DNA of 64,000 bases from Gemmatimonadota bacterium (GTDB taxonomy: Bacteria > Gemmatimonadota > Gemmatimonadetes > Gemmatimonadales > Gemmatimonadaceae), in contig JAZJZK010000009.1 in assembly GCA_040389905.1 (NCBI GenBank), positions 50,280 through 114,279 of the forward strand, in the 5' to 3' direction. The notes below the pieces were generated by a model. It was not told the DNA's origin. It did no database searches and worked only from the letters and a program-made list of their open reading frames with translations. The position numbers and the translations under genes were made by a program. Positions 18,407 to 27,502 of the stretch are shown one piece after another (the stretch's first letter is position 1; every line of letters starts with the position of its first letter).

Positions 18407-21235
18407 TTACGGCAGTGTGATGACGTTACCCGTTCCCAACGACACCGCACCGTTTCGCGCGAGGGCGCGTCCGGTGAGGTTGGCGTTGTCCACCAGCGTG
18501 ATGCTGGTGAGCGCCAGGATGTTTCCCTGCCATTGCGAGGCGGTACCGATCGTCGCCGAGCTGCCGACCTGCCAGTACACGTTCTTGGCCTGCGCACCAT
18601 TGATCAGAACGACATTGCCTGCTGTCGTGAGGCCCGTGCCGGCCTGGAAGACAAAGGTTGCGTTCGGGTCGCCGCCACCATCCAAGGTGAGGGTGCCGGT
18701 GACACCAATACCGCTCGCTGTGCAATAGACGCCTGCGGGTTTGGTCGTTCCCCCGAGGTTCGCGACTATGGCGTTCGCCGCCGGGCAGGGCAGTCCGGCG
18801 AGCACGTCGTACGCGGCCTTGAGGTCGATCTGGGCCTGCACGGCGATGCCGTCGTTGAGGTGCTGCGTGCCCGTGATGATACAAGGCGGGAAGCCTGTGA
18901 CGGTGCTACCCGGGCTGATCGCAATGTCCGCGAAGATCGTCCCGAGACTGACGCACGTGAATGCGGTTCCGGCCATGATCCCGTTCGGACCGGCGGCTCC
19001 GAGGTTCACGATTGGCGGCGGCACTGCGCCGGTCACGTTGACGGTGGCCGTGCCGAATGTCGCGCCGCTCGTCGCCCTGACGGTATTGGTGAAGGTTCCC
19101 GCCACTGCTCCTGCTGTGAAGAGCCCGGTGACCGGGTTGATGGAGCCGCCTCCATTGGTGACGGTCCACACTGGGACGATCGGGAACACGTTACCGTTCC
19201 CGTCACGGCCCGTTGCCACAAACTGCTGGGTTGAGTTGGCAAGGACGGATGCCGGGTTGGGTGTAACCGTGATTGTCGCAAGAGACGGAAGCGCGGTGAC
19301 GTTCACCGTGGCGAATCCGGAGATCGCGCCGCTCGTCGCTCGCACCGTATTGATGAACGAGGCCGCAACTGCGCCCGCGGTGAACAAGCCGGAGTTCGGG
19401 TCAATCGAGCCGCCGCCATTCACGATCGCCCAAACCGGGGTAATCGGGATGATGTTGCCGGCGGCATCGCGTCCAACGGCCGCGAACAGCGCCGTTGTGC
19501 CGGCCTGTACCGTTGCGGGGTTGGGTGTTACGGTGATCGTTGCGAGTGGGCCAGGCGTGACAGTGACCGTGGCGAAGCCAGCCAGACCACCCACGTTCGC
19601 GCGAATGGAGTTCACGAAGGTGCCTGACGTATTGCCGGCCGTAAACAGTCCGGACGTGAGATCGATCGTACCGCCACCAGCGACGACAGACCACGTCGGC
19701 GTGATGGCGACGACGTTTCCGGAAACATCTCGGCCGACGGCGGTGAACTGTTGCGTGCCCCCGATGCCGACTGTCGCCGGATTCGGCGTAACCGTAATGG
19801 TTGCCAGCGCACCCGCGGAAACGATGACTGTCGCCGTGCCCGATACCGCGCCGCTCGCCGCGCGCACCGTACCGTTGTACGTGTCTGGGGTAATGCCCGC
19901 GGTGAACAAGCCGGAGCCATTGATCGTGCCGCCGCCATTCACCACTGACCAGACAGCTGTGATCGGAACGACGTTGCCGCCGGCGTCCGTACCCACGGCT
20001 GTAAACTGCTGCGATGCACCCGTCCCCATCGTTGCCGGATTCGGCGTGACCGTAATCGTGGCGAGGGGGCCTGGCGTCACGACCACCGACGCGAAGCCTG
20101 CCAGAGCACCGACGTTGGCGCGCACGGTATTCGTGTAGGTACCTGGCGCGTTACCGGCGGTAAAGAGTCCACTGGTGATATCGATGTTTCCGCCGCCAGC
20201 CGAGACAATCCACGTCGGAGTAATCGGGACGACGTTACCGCCGAGATCGCGTCCAACGGCGGTGAATTGCTGTGTGGCGCCGATGCCGAGCGTCGCAAGA
20301 GCCGGAGAAACCGTAATCGTCGCGAGTGGACCGAAGGTCACGATCACTGTGGCAGTTGCCGCGACCGCGCCGCTGGCTGCCCTGACCGTGCCCGTGTAGG
20401 TGCCGGGCGTTCCGCCCGCTGTGAATAGACCAGTCCCGTTGATCGTGCCGCCACCAGCGACGACCGACCACGCCGGCGTCACGGTCACGACGTTTCCGCT
20501 CGCGTCTCGACCGACCACGGTGAACTGCTGTGTCGTGCCGACCGCGAGTGTAGCAGGGTTCGGCGCAATCGTCATGCTGGCCAGAGGACCAGCGATGACA
20601 GTCACCGTGGCGAACGCACGGATACCGTTGCTGCTCGCCTGCACGGTGTTGGTATAGGTTCCCGCGAGTCCGCCGGCGGTAAAGACACCCGCCTGATCAA
20701 CGGAGCCACCGCCGGCCACAATGGACCAGCTCGGCGACACAGGAACAGCGTTACCTCCCGCGTCGCGACCCGTTGCCACGAACGTCTGCGTCGCGCCCAC
20801 CGCAAGTGTCACCGGGTTCGGGGTGACGACGATCGTCGCCAACGGACCCGCGACCACCGTGATCGATGCGCGACCGGAGACGCCGCCAACCGATGCAACG
20901 ACAGTGTTTGGAAAGCTGCCGATCACCGTTCCAGCGGTGACCATGCCCGTTGTGTTAACGGAGCCCCCGCCTGCGGCGATCGACCATGCGGGGTCGATAG
21001 TCACGACGCGACCTTCGGCATCGTATCCCACCGCAGTGAATTGCTGGACACCGCCTGTCGAGAGGGTCGCGTTGGGCGCGACAGTAATGCTCGCCAGCGT
21101 TCCCGGGGCGGTGATACCGTGTACGTCGCACGCAGCCATGAAGGCGCTCGCGAGTATGAGGGCAACGACGGCACGCGCGCCGGATCTCCATGAGATTGGC
21201 GTGCGACGAGCTCGTTCCGACCTTGTGCTATCCAT
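18407..21235 (-). CDS. Lipoprotein with 8 tandem bacterial Ig-like repeats and a C-terminal DUF3494 ice-binding domain
   Basis: Lipobox FMAAC. Eight LA(T/S)IxV(T)PNP...QQFTAVG.D..GN repeats. DUF3494 motifs LTLDGGGDPNATFVFQ, NGAQAKNVYWQVGSSAT and GRALARNGAV. Confidence 0.92.
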   Translation of the reverse strand: MDSTRSERARRTPISWRSGARAVVALILASAFMAACDVHGITAPGTLASITVAPNATLSTGGVQQFTAVGYDAEGRVVTIDPAWSIAAGGGSVNTTGMVTAGTVIGSFPNTVVASVGGVSGRASITVVAGPLATIVVTPNPVTLAVGATQTFVATGRDAGGNAVPVSPSWSIVAGGGSVDQAGVFTAGGLAGTYTNTVQASSNGIRAFATVTVIAGPLASMTIAPNPATLAVGTTQQFTVVGRDASGNVVTVTPAWSVVAGGGTINGTGLFTAGGTPGTYTGTVRAASGAVAATATVIVTFGPLATITVSPALATLGIGATQQFTAVGRDLGGNVVPITPTWIVSAGGGNIDITSGLFTAGNAPGTYTNTVRANVGALAGFASVVVTPGPLATITVTPNPATMGTGASQQFTAVGTDAGGNVVPITAVWSVVNGGGTINGSGLFTAGITPDTYNGTVRAASGAVSGTATVIVSAGALATITVTPNPATVGIGGTQQFTAVGRDVSGNVVAITPTWSVVAGGGTIDLTSGLFTAGNTSGTFVNSIRANVGGLAGFATVTVTPGPLATITVTPNPATVQAGTTALFAAVGRDAAGNIIPITPVWAIVNGGGSIDPNSGLFTAGAVAASFINTVRATSGAISGFATVNVTALPSLATITVTPNPASVLANSTQQFVATGRDGNGNVFPIVPVWTVTNGGGSINPVTGLFTAGAVAGTFTNTVRATSGATFGTATVNVTGAVPPPIVNLGAAGPNGIMAGTAFTCVSLGTIFADIAISPGSTVTGFPPCIITGTQHLNDGIAVQAQIDLKAAYDVLAGLPCPAANAIVANLGGTTKPAGVYCTASGIGVTGTLTLDGGGDPNATFVFQAGTGLTTAGNVVLINGAQAKNVYWQVGSSATIGTASQWQGNILALTSITLVDNANLTGRALARNGAVSLGTGNVITLP

Positions 21236-21475
21236 GCTAATCCTCAGCAACCTGCGTGGAGCAGGCGTGTTGGGACAACGTGTCCCGACCTCGCCGGAGC
21301 AACCGATTGTGTAAAGAGTTGTGTCTGGGCGCGGAGCTCCAGCGGTGTGGACCGCGAGCGTGTTCGCCTTTGAACTCTGCTACCGTGAAGAAGGAACGTC
21401 CCTGGCTCACGGGAGAGTCTGGCGAGCTCATCGCCTCCCGGTTTCTTCTGAAGAGGAAGGCGCTCTCGCTCTTAA

Positions 21476-21491
21476 TGCAGTTTGTGTTCCA
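21476..21491 (-). promoter_or_regulatory. Candidate sigma-54 promoter for the ice-binding protein gene
   Basis: Minus strand reads TGGAACACAAACTGCA, which has exact GG-N10-GC spacing. Confidence 0.45.
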
Positions 21492-21568
21492 TACCGAACG
21501 CAAGCAGGCTGCTGAGCAACCTTCTCGAGTGCGGGCGGCTCCAAGATGCGTAACCCAATGCCGCGTGC

Positions 21569-22402
21569 ATGAAGACTCGTCTTCCCGTCAATCGACAGTT
21601 CGACCTTCGTTCATTGCTCGTCGCGGTGCTCGCGACGGCACTGTCGTTCGCCGCCGTGCTGTCATCGGTTGGGCCGGAGCTGTTCGACCTACGTCAACCC
21701 GCGCGACCCGACCAACAGATTGCGATGGAGCACGTGGACTTCGTCGAGCGACTGCCGCTGCCGACCGCTCCACCCGTGGTGGCCGGCACCGCGTCCAGCG
21801 CGGCAGTGGAAGGCCGCTTGCCGGAGACGACGCCCGCCGCCGACACGGCCAGGCGGCGCGAGGCCGCGCGAGTGATCATCGGTCCGGCAGCGCCAGCCGC
21901 TGCGCCATCGGGCAATTCCGTCACAGCGGTTCCAGTCCCATACGCCGGCCGAGGCAAGACGACTCTCCTCTTCATACCGAAACCGATTGACCCTTTTGCT
22001 CCACCTCCGCCGCTGACCGGGTACCAACGTGACTCACTGCTGAACCTCATGCGGCTCGCCGTTCCTACCACGGCGGCGAACCGCGTCGCAACCCGGGAGG
22101 AGCAGGATTCTCTCTGGCGGGCGAAGAGCAGCCCTGGAACGATTCCAGGGCGGAAGGCGGGCGAGCAAGGAGGTTTCGTTCTACCAGGCCCATGGTCTGG
22201 CAGGTACGATCCGTCGAAGACGGACACCGGCGGTGGCGGCGTCACGTTCCTGAGTCCGGGCCCATCTCGCGCCGAGCGGAAACGGGACAGTGTGGCCAAT
22301 TCGCAGTTTCTCGCATCGTTATCTCGACTTCAGGCTCGAGCGCGCGTGAAGCAGGATTCCCTTCGGCGGCGCGATTCGATCGCGCGCGCGTCGGTTCCGT
22401 AA
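21569..22402 (+). CDS. Hypothetical membrane-anchored Pro-rich protein
   Basis: N-terminal hydrophobic helix and repeated xDSL/RDS motifs. Fills the gap between genes. Confidence 0.6.
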   Translation: MKTRLPVNRQFDLRSLLVAVLATALSFAAVLSSVGPELFDLRQPARPDQQIAMEHVDFVERLPLPTAPPVVAGTASSAAVEGRLPETTPAADTARRREAARVIIGPAAPAAAPSGNSVTAVPVPYAGRGKTTLLFIPKPIDPFAPPPPLTGYQRDSLLNLMRLAVPTTAANRVATREEQDSLWRAKSSPGTIPGRKAGEQGGFVLPGPWSGRYDPSKTDTGGGGVTFLSPGPSRAERKRDSVANSQFLASLSRLQARARVKQDSLRRRDSIARASVP

Positions 22403-22480
22403 GACCGACATAGAGCGCGTTTCCTGCAACGGTGATTGATTTCACGCACCCAAACTTCACCGAGCTCGAGTCCAGATCCA

Positions 22481-24142
22481 ATGACACAACCGCTGCTGAT
22501 CGCGATCGTCGTCGTGGCACTCGCGGTGTTGCTGATACGACCGATTCTCGAGACAATCGCGTTGCGCAACGCGGCCAGCCGTCCGTCGCGTGAGCACGAC
22601 CTGGTGCGCATCGCATCGTATTTTTTCGCGCTCCCGGATGCAGACGCTGCGCTACCTGCGCGCGTCTGGAGCGATCTGGATATGGATGCTGTTTTCCAGT
22701 CCATCGACCGGACGGCGAGTTGGCCAGGCCAGCACCATTTGTATGCGCGGCTCCGCGCAGGGGTGCACTCGGAAAGGGCGCTTCTCGCGTTCGACGCAGC
22801 GGTAACGGCGCTGCAAGGCGACGAATCGTTGCGCGATCGCATCGCCAGCGCACTCGCACCCCTCGATGACCGCCGGGCAAGTATGCTGCCCGCGCTCTTT
22901 CAGCAGCAGCTGCCACGCAGACCCGCGGCCGCCTGGATGTTTCCGGTGCTCTCGCTCGCCGGCCCCGCGCTCCTGATTGGCGTCATTCACTGGCCGATAC
23001 TCGTGATCGGCATCGCGGTGCTCGCCCTCTGCAACGCGTTCATCCGCGTTGCGATGCGCGAGCAGATCGATCGAATCGTCCCGGCCATGCGTATGTTGCC
23101 GGCCATGCTTCACGCCGCCTCCGATCTCGCCCTGATCGAGACCCCGGCGTTGGTCACGCTCACCGGTGTACTTCGCGACGCGGTTCCGCGCCTTCGCTGG
23201 ACAGGTCGAGCCGCGCGATGGCTTTCCTTCGATCCCACCGGTGGGAACGAGCTCGCGGGATACGTCTACGAGTATGCGAACCTGCTGTTCCTCCTCGATG
23301 TCACCGCCTATGCACTGAGCCTTCCAGCGATCTCGGCCGAGCGGCGTTCGATCCAGTTGGCGTACGACGCCCTCGGTGAATTGGACGCGGTGCAGGCCGT
23401 GGCGCGCCTCCGCGCCGAGCGCGCAGTGTGGACGCGACCAGAGACGACCATGGAGCCTCGCACGCTCGAGTTCTCGTCGCTGGTCCATCCGCTTCTCGCG
23501 AACCCCGTTTCGAACTCGCTGTCGATGCGTGGGCGGAGCGTGCTGCTCACTGGATCGAACATGTCCGGCAAGTCGACATTCATTCGCACGGTGGGAGTGA
23601 ATGCGATTCTCGCGCAGACGATCGGAATGGTCTACGGAGAGCGCTGGCGCGGGCCGCCACTCGTCGTCAGAACCTCGATCGGCCGCGCCGACAGCATCAC
23701 GGAGGGGCGGAGCTACTATCAGGCCGAAGTGGAGACGCTCGGCGCGCTCCTTGCTGCCGCGGACCGGGGGGATCGGCTCATACTGCTCGACGAGCTGTTC
23801 CGGGGCACGAACGCCATCGAGCGTGTTGCTGGAGCGAAGGCGGTACTGGCCGAACTCGATCGCCGCGGTGATCTCGTGATCATTGCCACCCACGACGCCG
23901 AGCTCCTCGAACTATTGCCCACTTACGCCCCGCATCATTTTCGGGAAGAAGTACGCGACGGCGAGCTGTCCTTCGATTACCGTTTGCACGATGGCGCATG
24001 TTCGACGCGGAACGCCCTCGCGATTCTGGCGCTTGCCGGCTACCCCGAGCGCGTGGTTGCCGATGCGCGCGAGACCGCGGAGCGCCTCGAGCGGCGCATC
24101 GAGGCCGCCGCCCCGGAACCGGCAACAGGCATGACCGCATGA
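22481..24142 (+). CDS. Membrane-associated MutS-related ATPase (MutS domain V only)
   Basis: TM segments. HPLL, TGSNMSGKSTF, SYYQAE, LLDELFRGTN..ER and ATHD. Confidence 0.9.
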   Translation: MTQPLLIAIVVVALAVLLIRPILETIALRNAASRPSREHDLVRIASYFFALPDADAALPARVWSDLDMDAVFQSIDRTASWPGQHHLYARLRAGVHSERALLAFDAAVTALQGDESLRDRIASALAPLDDRRASMLPALFQQQLPRRPAAAWMFPVLSLAGPALLIGVIHWPILVIGIAVLALCNAFIRVAMREQIDRIVPAMRMLPAMLHAASDLALIETPALVTLTGVLRDAVPRLRWTGRAARWLSFDPTGGNELAGYVYEYANLLFLLDVTAYALSLPAISAERRSIQLAYDALGELDAVQAVARLRAERAVWTRPETTMEPRTLEFSSLVHPLLANPVSNSLSMRGRSVLLTGSNMSGKSTFIRTVGVNAILAQTIGMVYGERWRGPPLVVRTSIGRADSITEGRSYYQAEVETLGALLAAADRGDRLILLDELFRGTNAIERVAGAKAVLAELDRRGDLVIIATHDAELLELLPTYAPHHFREEVRDGELSFDYRLHDGACSTRNALAILALAGYPERVVADARETAERLERRIEAAAPEPATGMTA

Positions 24143-24152
24143 GGTGCACGCG

Positions 24153-25340
24153 ATGAGTTGGACGAGCAAGTTCGAATCCTTGATCGGTGAGATCGATCAT
24201 CACCTTCGCGATGCGGCGCGTTCGATTCTCGGTGACGGGCCGCAGGGCGTGATCGCCTATCGCGGCTACGGAAATCATACGGCAGCGTACTTTCATGGGC
24301 GGGCACTGGAATGCCGGACGTACGACCCGAGCGCCCATACGGACTCCGCGCTGCGCAATCTCCTCAACACGTATCGTCGGGTGGACGCCAATGCGATTCC
24401 GCTGGCGCAGGTGGCGATCGAATTTGCGGGCCGAACGGTGACGTGCACCGCCGACGACGAAGGGTTCTTCGCCGGGCGGATCGACCTCGCGCCGCCGCTG
24501 GAGGATGGCGACAGCTGGAGGACATACGCCGTGGAACTGCTCTCGCCGGCCGCGGCGGGAGTCGTGCCGCCGAAGACGAAGGGTGAGATGCTCGTTCCGC
24601 CGAGTACCGCTCGCTTCGGCGTCATCAGCGACATCGACGATACGGTCATTCAGTCGCGCGTCAACAACTTCCTGCAAGCCGCGCGCACGGTCATGCTGGG
24701 GAACGCGCGGACGCGCCTGCCGTTTCCCGGCGTCGCGGCGTTCTACGATGCGCTGTCGCGCGGCGCGGACGGTGCGCAGCAGAACCCAATTTTCTACGTC
24801 TCCAGCAGTCCGTGGAATATCCATGACATCATCGTCGAGTTCATGGACCTGCAAGGGTTGCCGAGGGGACCAATTCTCCTGCGCGATTGGGACATCGCGC
24901 TCGGCGCGCTCGCCGCGAGCCGGCACTTCGAGCACAAGGGAGTGGCGATCCGTCGCATCCTCGCCCTCTATCCGGACTTGCCCTTCATACTGATCGGCGA
25001 CACGAGCCAGCACGATCCGGAGATCTATCGCCAGATCGTCAGTGAGTTTCCCGGGCGGATCAGCGCCGTCTACATTCGCGATGTGAACCGGTCGCCGGAG
25101 CGAACGCAATCGGTGCAGCGTCTCTCGGAGGAGATTCTCGCGGCGAAATCCGTGTTGGTGCTCGCGGAGAATACCGTCGGCGCCGCGACGCACGCCATCG
25201 AACGCGGCTGGATTTCCGCGGACGCACTTCCGTCGATTCGCGATGAGAAGCGCGCCGACGAGGGCACGTCGGGCGAGAAGGTTGCGACGCCGGATGGCGG
25301 CGCCCCGGGTGATGGCAACGCGCCAACCGTTGTCCAGTGA
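24153..25340 (+). CDS. App1-family (DUF2183) phosphatidate phosphatase-like protein
   Basis: ISDIDDTV, YVSSSPWN, GPILLRDW and LIGDTSQHDPEIY. Confidence 0.9.
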   Translation: MSWTSKFESLIGEIDHHLRDAARSILGDGPQGVIAYRGYGNHTAAYFHGRALECRTYDPSAHTDSALRNLLNTYRRVDANAIPLAQVAIEFAGRTVTCTADDEGFFAGRIDLAPPLEDGDSWRTYAVELLSPAAAGVVPPKTKGEMLVPPSTARFGVISDIDDTVIQSRVNNFLQAARTVMLGNARTRLPFPGVAAFYDALSRGADGAQQNPIFYVSSSPWNIHDIIVEFMDLQGLPRGPILLRDWDIALGALAASRHFEHKGVAIRRILALYPDLPFILIGDTSQHDPEIYRQIVSEFPGRISAVYIRDVNRSPERTQSVQRLSEEILAAKSVLVLAENTVGAATHAIERGWISADALPSIRDEKRADEGTSGEKVATPDGGAPGDGNAPTVVQ

Positions 25341-25539
25341 CGTGAACCTGTAAAACATCCGTTGGCGTCATTTGTCCGCTCGCGTAACGAATGCGCCACA
25401 GTGTCCAGGCAATTTGTCACTTGAAATACGGAATGCGTCTAAACTCCGCTGCATCGGTTGACGACGACTCCTGCCTCGCTATGCTCCATCGTGTGAGACA
25501 CACATCGTGCTCACCTTACCGTTACATGGAGCAGAGAGA

Positions 25540-26019
25540 ATGCCGGATCGAAGTAGAAGTGGGGCACTCGCCCTCGCCGTTGCCGCCACCGTGCTTGCTG
25601 CGTGCTCGCCATCGCAGATCGGCGTGAACATTGCCGCAGAGCCGTTGGCCGCAGGCGCGAGTCCTGTGCAACAGCCATTGACACTCAGCAGCGACGCGCA
25701 GACGAAGATCGTCGATGCCGCTGATGCGACGCAGTTCGCGCTTGGCGTGCAATCCGTGTTTGCGGGTCGCGTGAGTGGCCTGGACGTGATGCAGGATTCA
25801 TCCGGGGCCCGACTCCGTATCAAGGGCCTTGTCTCCGGCGGGGCTCGCGTTCCCCTCTTCGTGATCGACGGCGTACCGCTGGCGGAAGGCTTCAGCATTT
25901 CGATGCTCGTGCGGGCGATCGACAGGATCGACCTGTTCGAGGACTCACTGTCGACGGCGCCTTATGGGGCTCGCGGCGTGAATGGCGTGATGACGATCGC
26001 GACGTCGCGAAAGCGCTGA
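25540..26019 (+). CDS. Stand-alone TonB-dependent-receptor plug-domain lipoprotein
   Basis: Lipobox LAAC. GRVSGL, LRIKG, PLFVIDGVP and YGARGVNGVMTI. No barrel follows. Confidence 0.75.
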   Translation: MPDRSRSGALALAVAATVLAACSPSQIGVNIAAEPLAAGASPVQQPLTLSSDAQTKIVDAADATQFALGVQSVFAGRVSGLDVMQDSSGARLRIKGLVSGGARVPLFVIDGVPLAEGFSISMLVRAIDRIDLFEDSLSTAPYGARGVNGVMTIATSRKR

Positions 26020-26131
26020 ACAACGGCTCTCGATGGCCGTCGCTCTAGCGGCGGCCATCCCCACGTCGTATTCTCGGGCACTGGATTGGTGTGCGTTTCA
26101 GTCGACCCTTTTGCACGACTGGAGGCGAGCC

Positions 26132-27376
26132 GTGACGACCCCTGTGCCCCCGCAGTCAGGCCCCCTTACTACCGAGGACGCGCTGAAAGACGCGTTCCTC
26201 GCGCACCACGCAGCGCTCGCTGCAAAAGCCCGTGAGAAACTCGGCGCGGATGCCGTGGCCCTTGCGCCCAAGGTCGTGGAAGGCGCGTTCGTGCGAGCCT
26301 GGGATGCTCGTGCGAGGTTCAAAACTGCGAGCGAGCTCGACGCCTTTCTCGCTGACGATGTGCATCACGCATCTGCGCGCGCGCTGAGCCGACGGGCGGC
26401 GGCGCACCGCTTCGCGGGCAACGCCACGAGCGATGCCCATCATGCGACCAGCGGAGAGATCAACGCGGACGAATCCTGGACGCACATTCAACACGCGCTC
26501 CACGGCGAAGAGCACAGCGCCGGAACGCTCGCCGCGGTGGCGAAAGCGTCGCGCCACGAGGCGGCGGGACATATTGCCGGCGTCGGCAAGTCACGTGGCG
26601 CCGCGATCGCCATCGGGATCGGCGTCGTCGCGATCGCCGCCGTCCTTGGTTTGATGTCGATGATGAACCGGATGGCGGAGAAGGGAAAGGTCGCGAGGGC
26701 GTTGAACGCCAGCGACGTCCGCCTCGTGAACACGCCGATGGGCCGAAAGGGCGAGATCAGCCTTGCCGACGGCAGCACCGCGCATGTGGCCCCGGATTCG
26801 AAGCTGACCATCCCGAAGGACTTCGGTCCGGAGCTGCGTGGCGTGAAGATCGAAGGCGCCGCGACGTTCGATGTGTGGCCGAACATCCCGGTGGAATTCC
26901 AGGTCTACGCGAGAAACGTCGTCGTCGCGGCGAAGGGCACGTCGTTCACGGTAAACGCCTATCCGGACGACAAGGCGGTGATTGTCGTCGTCGCGGAAGG
27001 GTCGGTCGAAGTGCGGCAAGGTGACGTGATGCAAACCGTCGCCGCAGGTGCAGGGCTGGTGATTCCGGACTCCGGCGCGGCGAGAGTTGCCACGGAAGAC
27101 GAACGAAATGTGGGCGCTGGATGGCGGACAGGTATGCTTGCGCTCACCGACCGCCCGCTGCGCGACGCACTCAAGGCGATGAAGCGGTGGTATGGATACG
27201 AGGTCAGTGTCCCCGAAGTCGCGCTCCTCGAGCGTCGAGTGACGATGAAAGCATCGCTGGATTCCGCACTACAGGCAGTGCACCAGATCGCGAAGTCCGG
27301 AGGCCTCAAGTTCGGCTACGTGGGCCAGAACATGGCGTTCATCGATTCCGCCGACAAGAAAACGAATCTGCGATAG
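26132..27376 (+). CDS. FecR-domain membrane protein with an N-terminal sigma-region-2-like segment
   Basis: GGAGG RBS and a TM helix. FecR motifs LADGSTAHVAPDSKL, EGAATFDV, GTSFTV and V.EGSVEV. Confidence 0.85.
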   Translation: MTTPVPPQSGPLTTEDALKDAFLAHHAALAAKAREKLGADAVALAPKVVEGAFVRAWDARARFKTASELDAFLADDVHHASARALSRRAAAHRFAGNATSDAHHATSGEINADESWTHIQHALHGEEHSAGTLAAVAKASRHEAAGHIAGVGKSRGAAIAIGIGVVAIAAVLGLMSMMNRMAEKGKVARALNASDVRLVNTPMGRKGEISLADGSTAHVAPDSKLTIPKDFGPELRGVKIEGAATFDVWPNIPVEFQVYARNVVVAAKGTSFTVNAYPDDKAVIVVVAEGSVEVRQGDVMQTVAAGAGLVIPDSGAARVATEDERNVGAGWRTGMLALTDRPLRDALKAMKRWYGYEVSVPEVALLERRVTMKASLDSALQAVHQIAKSGGLKFGYVGQNMAFIDSADKKTNLR

Positions 27377-27426
27377 CAGCGCTTAGAAAAAGCTAGGTGA
27401 ACGGCAGGGGCGACGCGCGCATACAC

Positions 27427-27454
27427 TAAAGTTTGCGCGCGTTTTCGCCGATAC
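27427..27454 (+). promoter_or_regulatory. Candidate sigma-28 (FliA/SigD) promoter
   Basis: TAAAGTTT...GCCGATAC (TAAA-N16-GCCGATA) about 50 bp upstream of the kinase start. Confidence 0.5.
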
Positions 27455-27502
27455 TCCTCAGGTGCGGCTGGATGAAGGCCCCTCCCCACCTGGAGGTCGT
27501 TC

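Noticed and set aside
18741..20138. 465-aa plus-strand ORF with repeats, and other long antisense ORFs (for example 23880-25358, 27908-29284, 52871-54163)
   Set aside because: They are shadow frames of well-supported genes on the opposite strand, which is expected in high-GC DNA.
19030..21110. ~260-bp periodic DNA similarity that could suggest an array
   Set aside because: It is explained by the coding Ig-like repeats, with no repeat-spacer structure.
24165..24182. GTTCGAATCC resembling a tRNA T-loop
   Set aside because: It lies inside the App1 CDS and has no cloverleaf around it.
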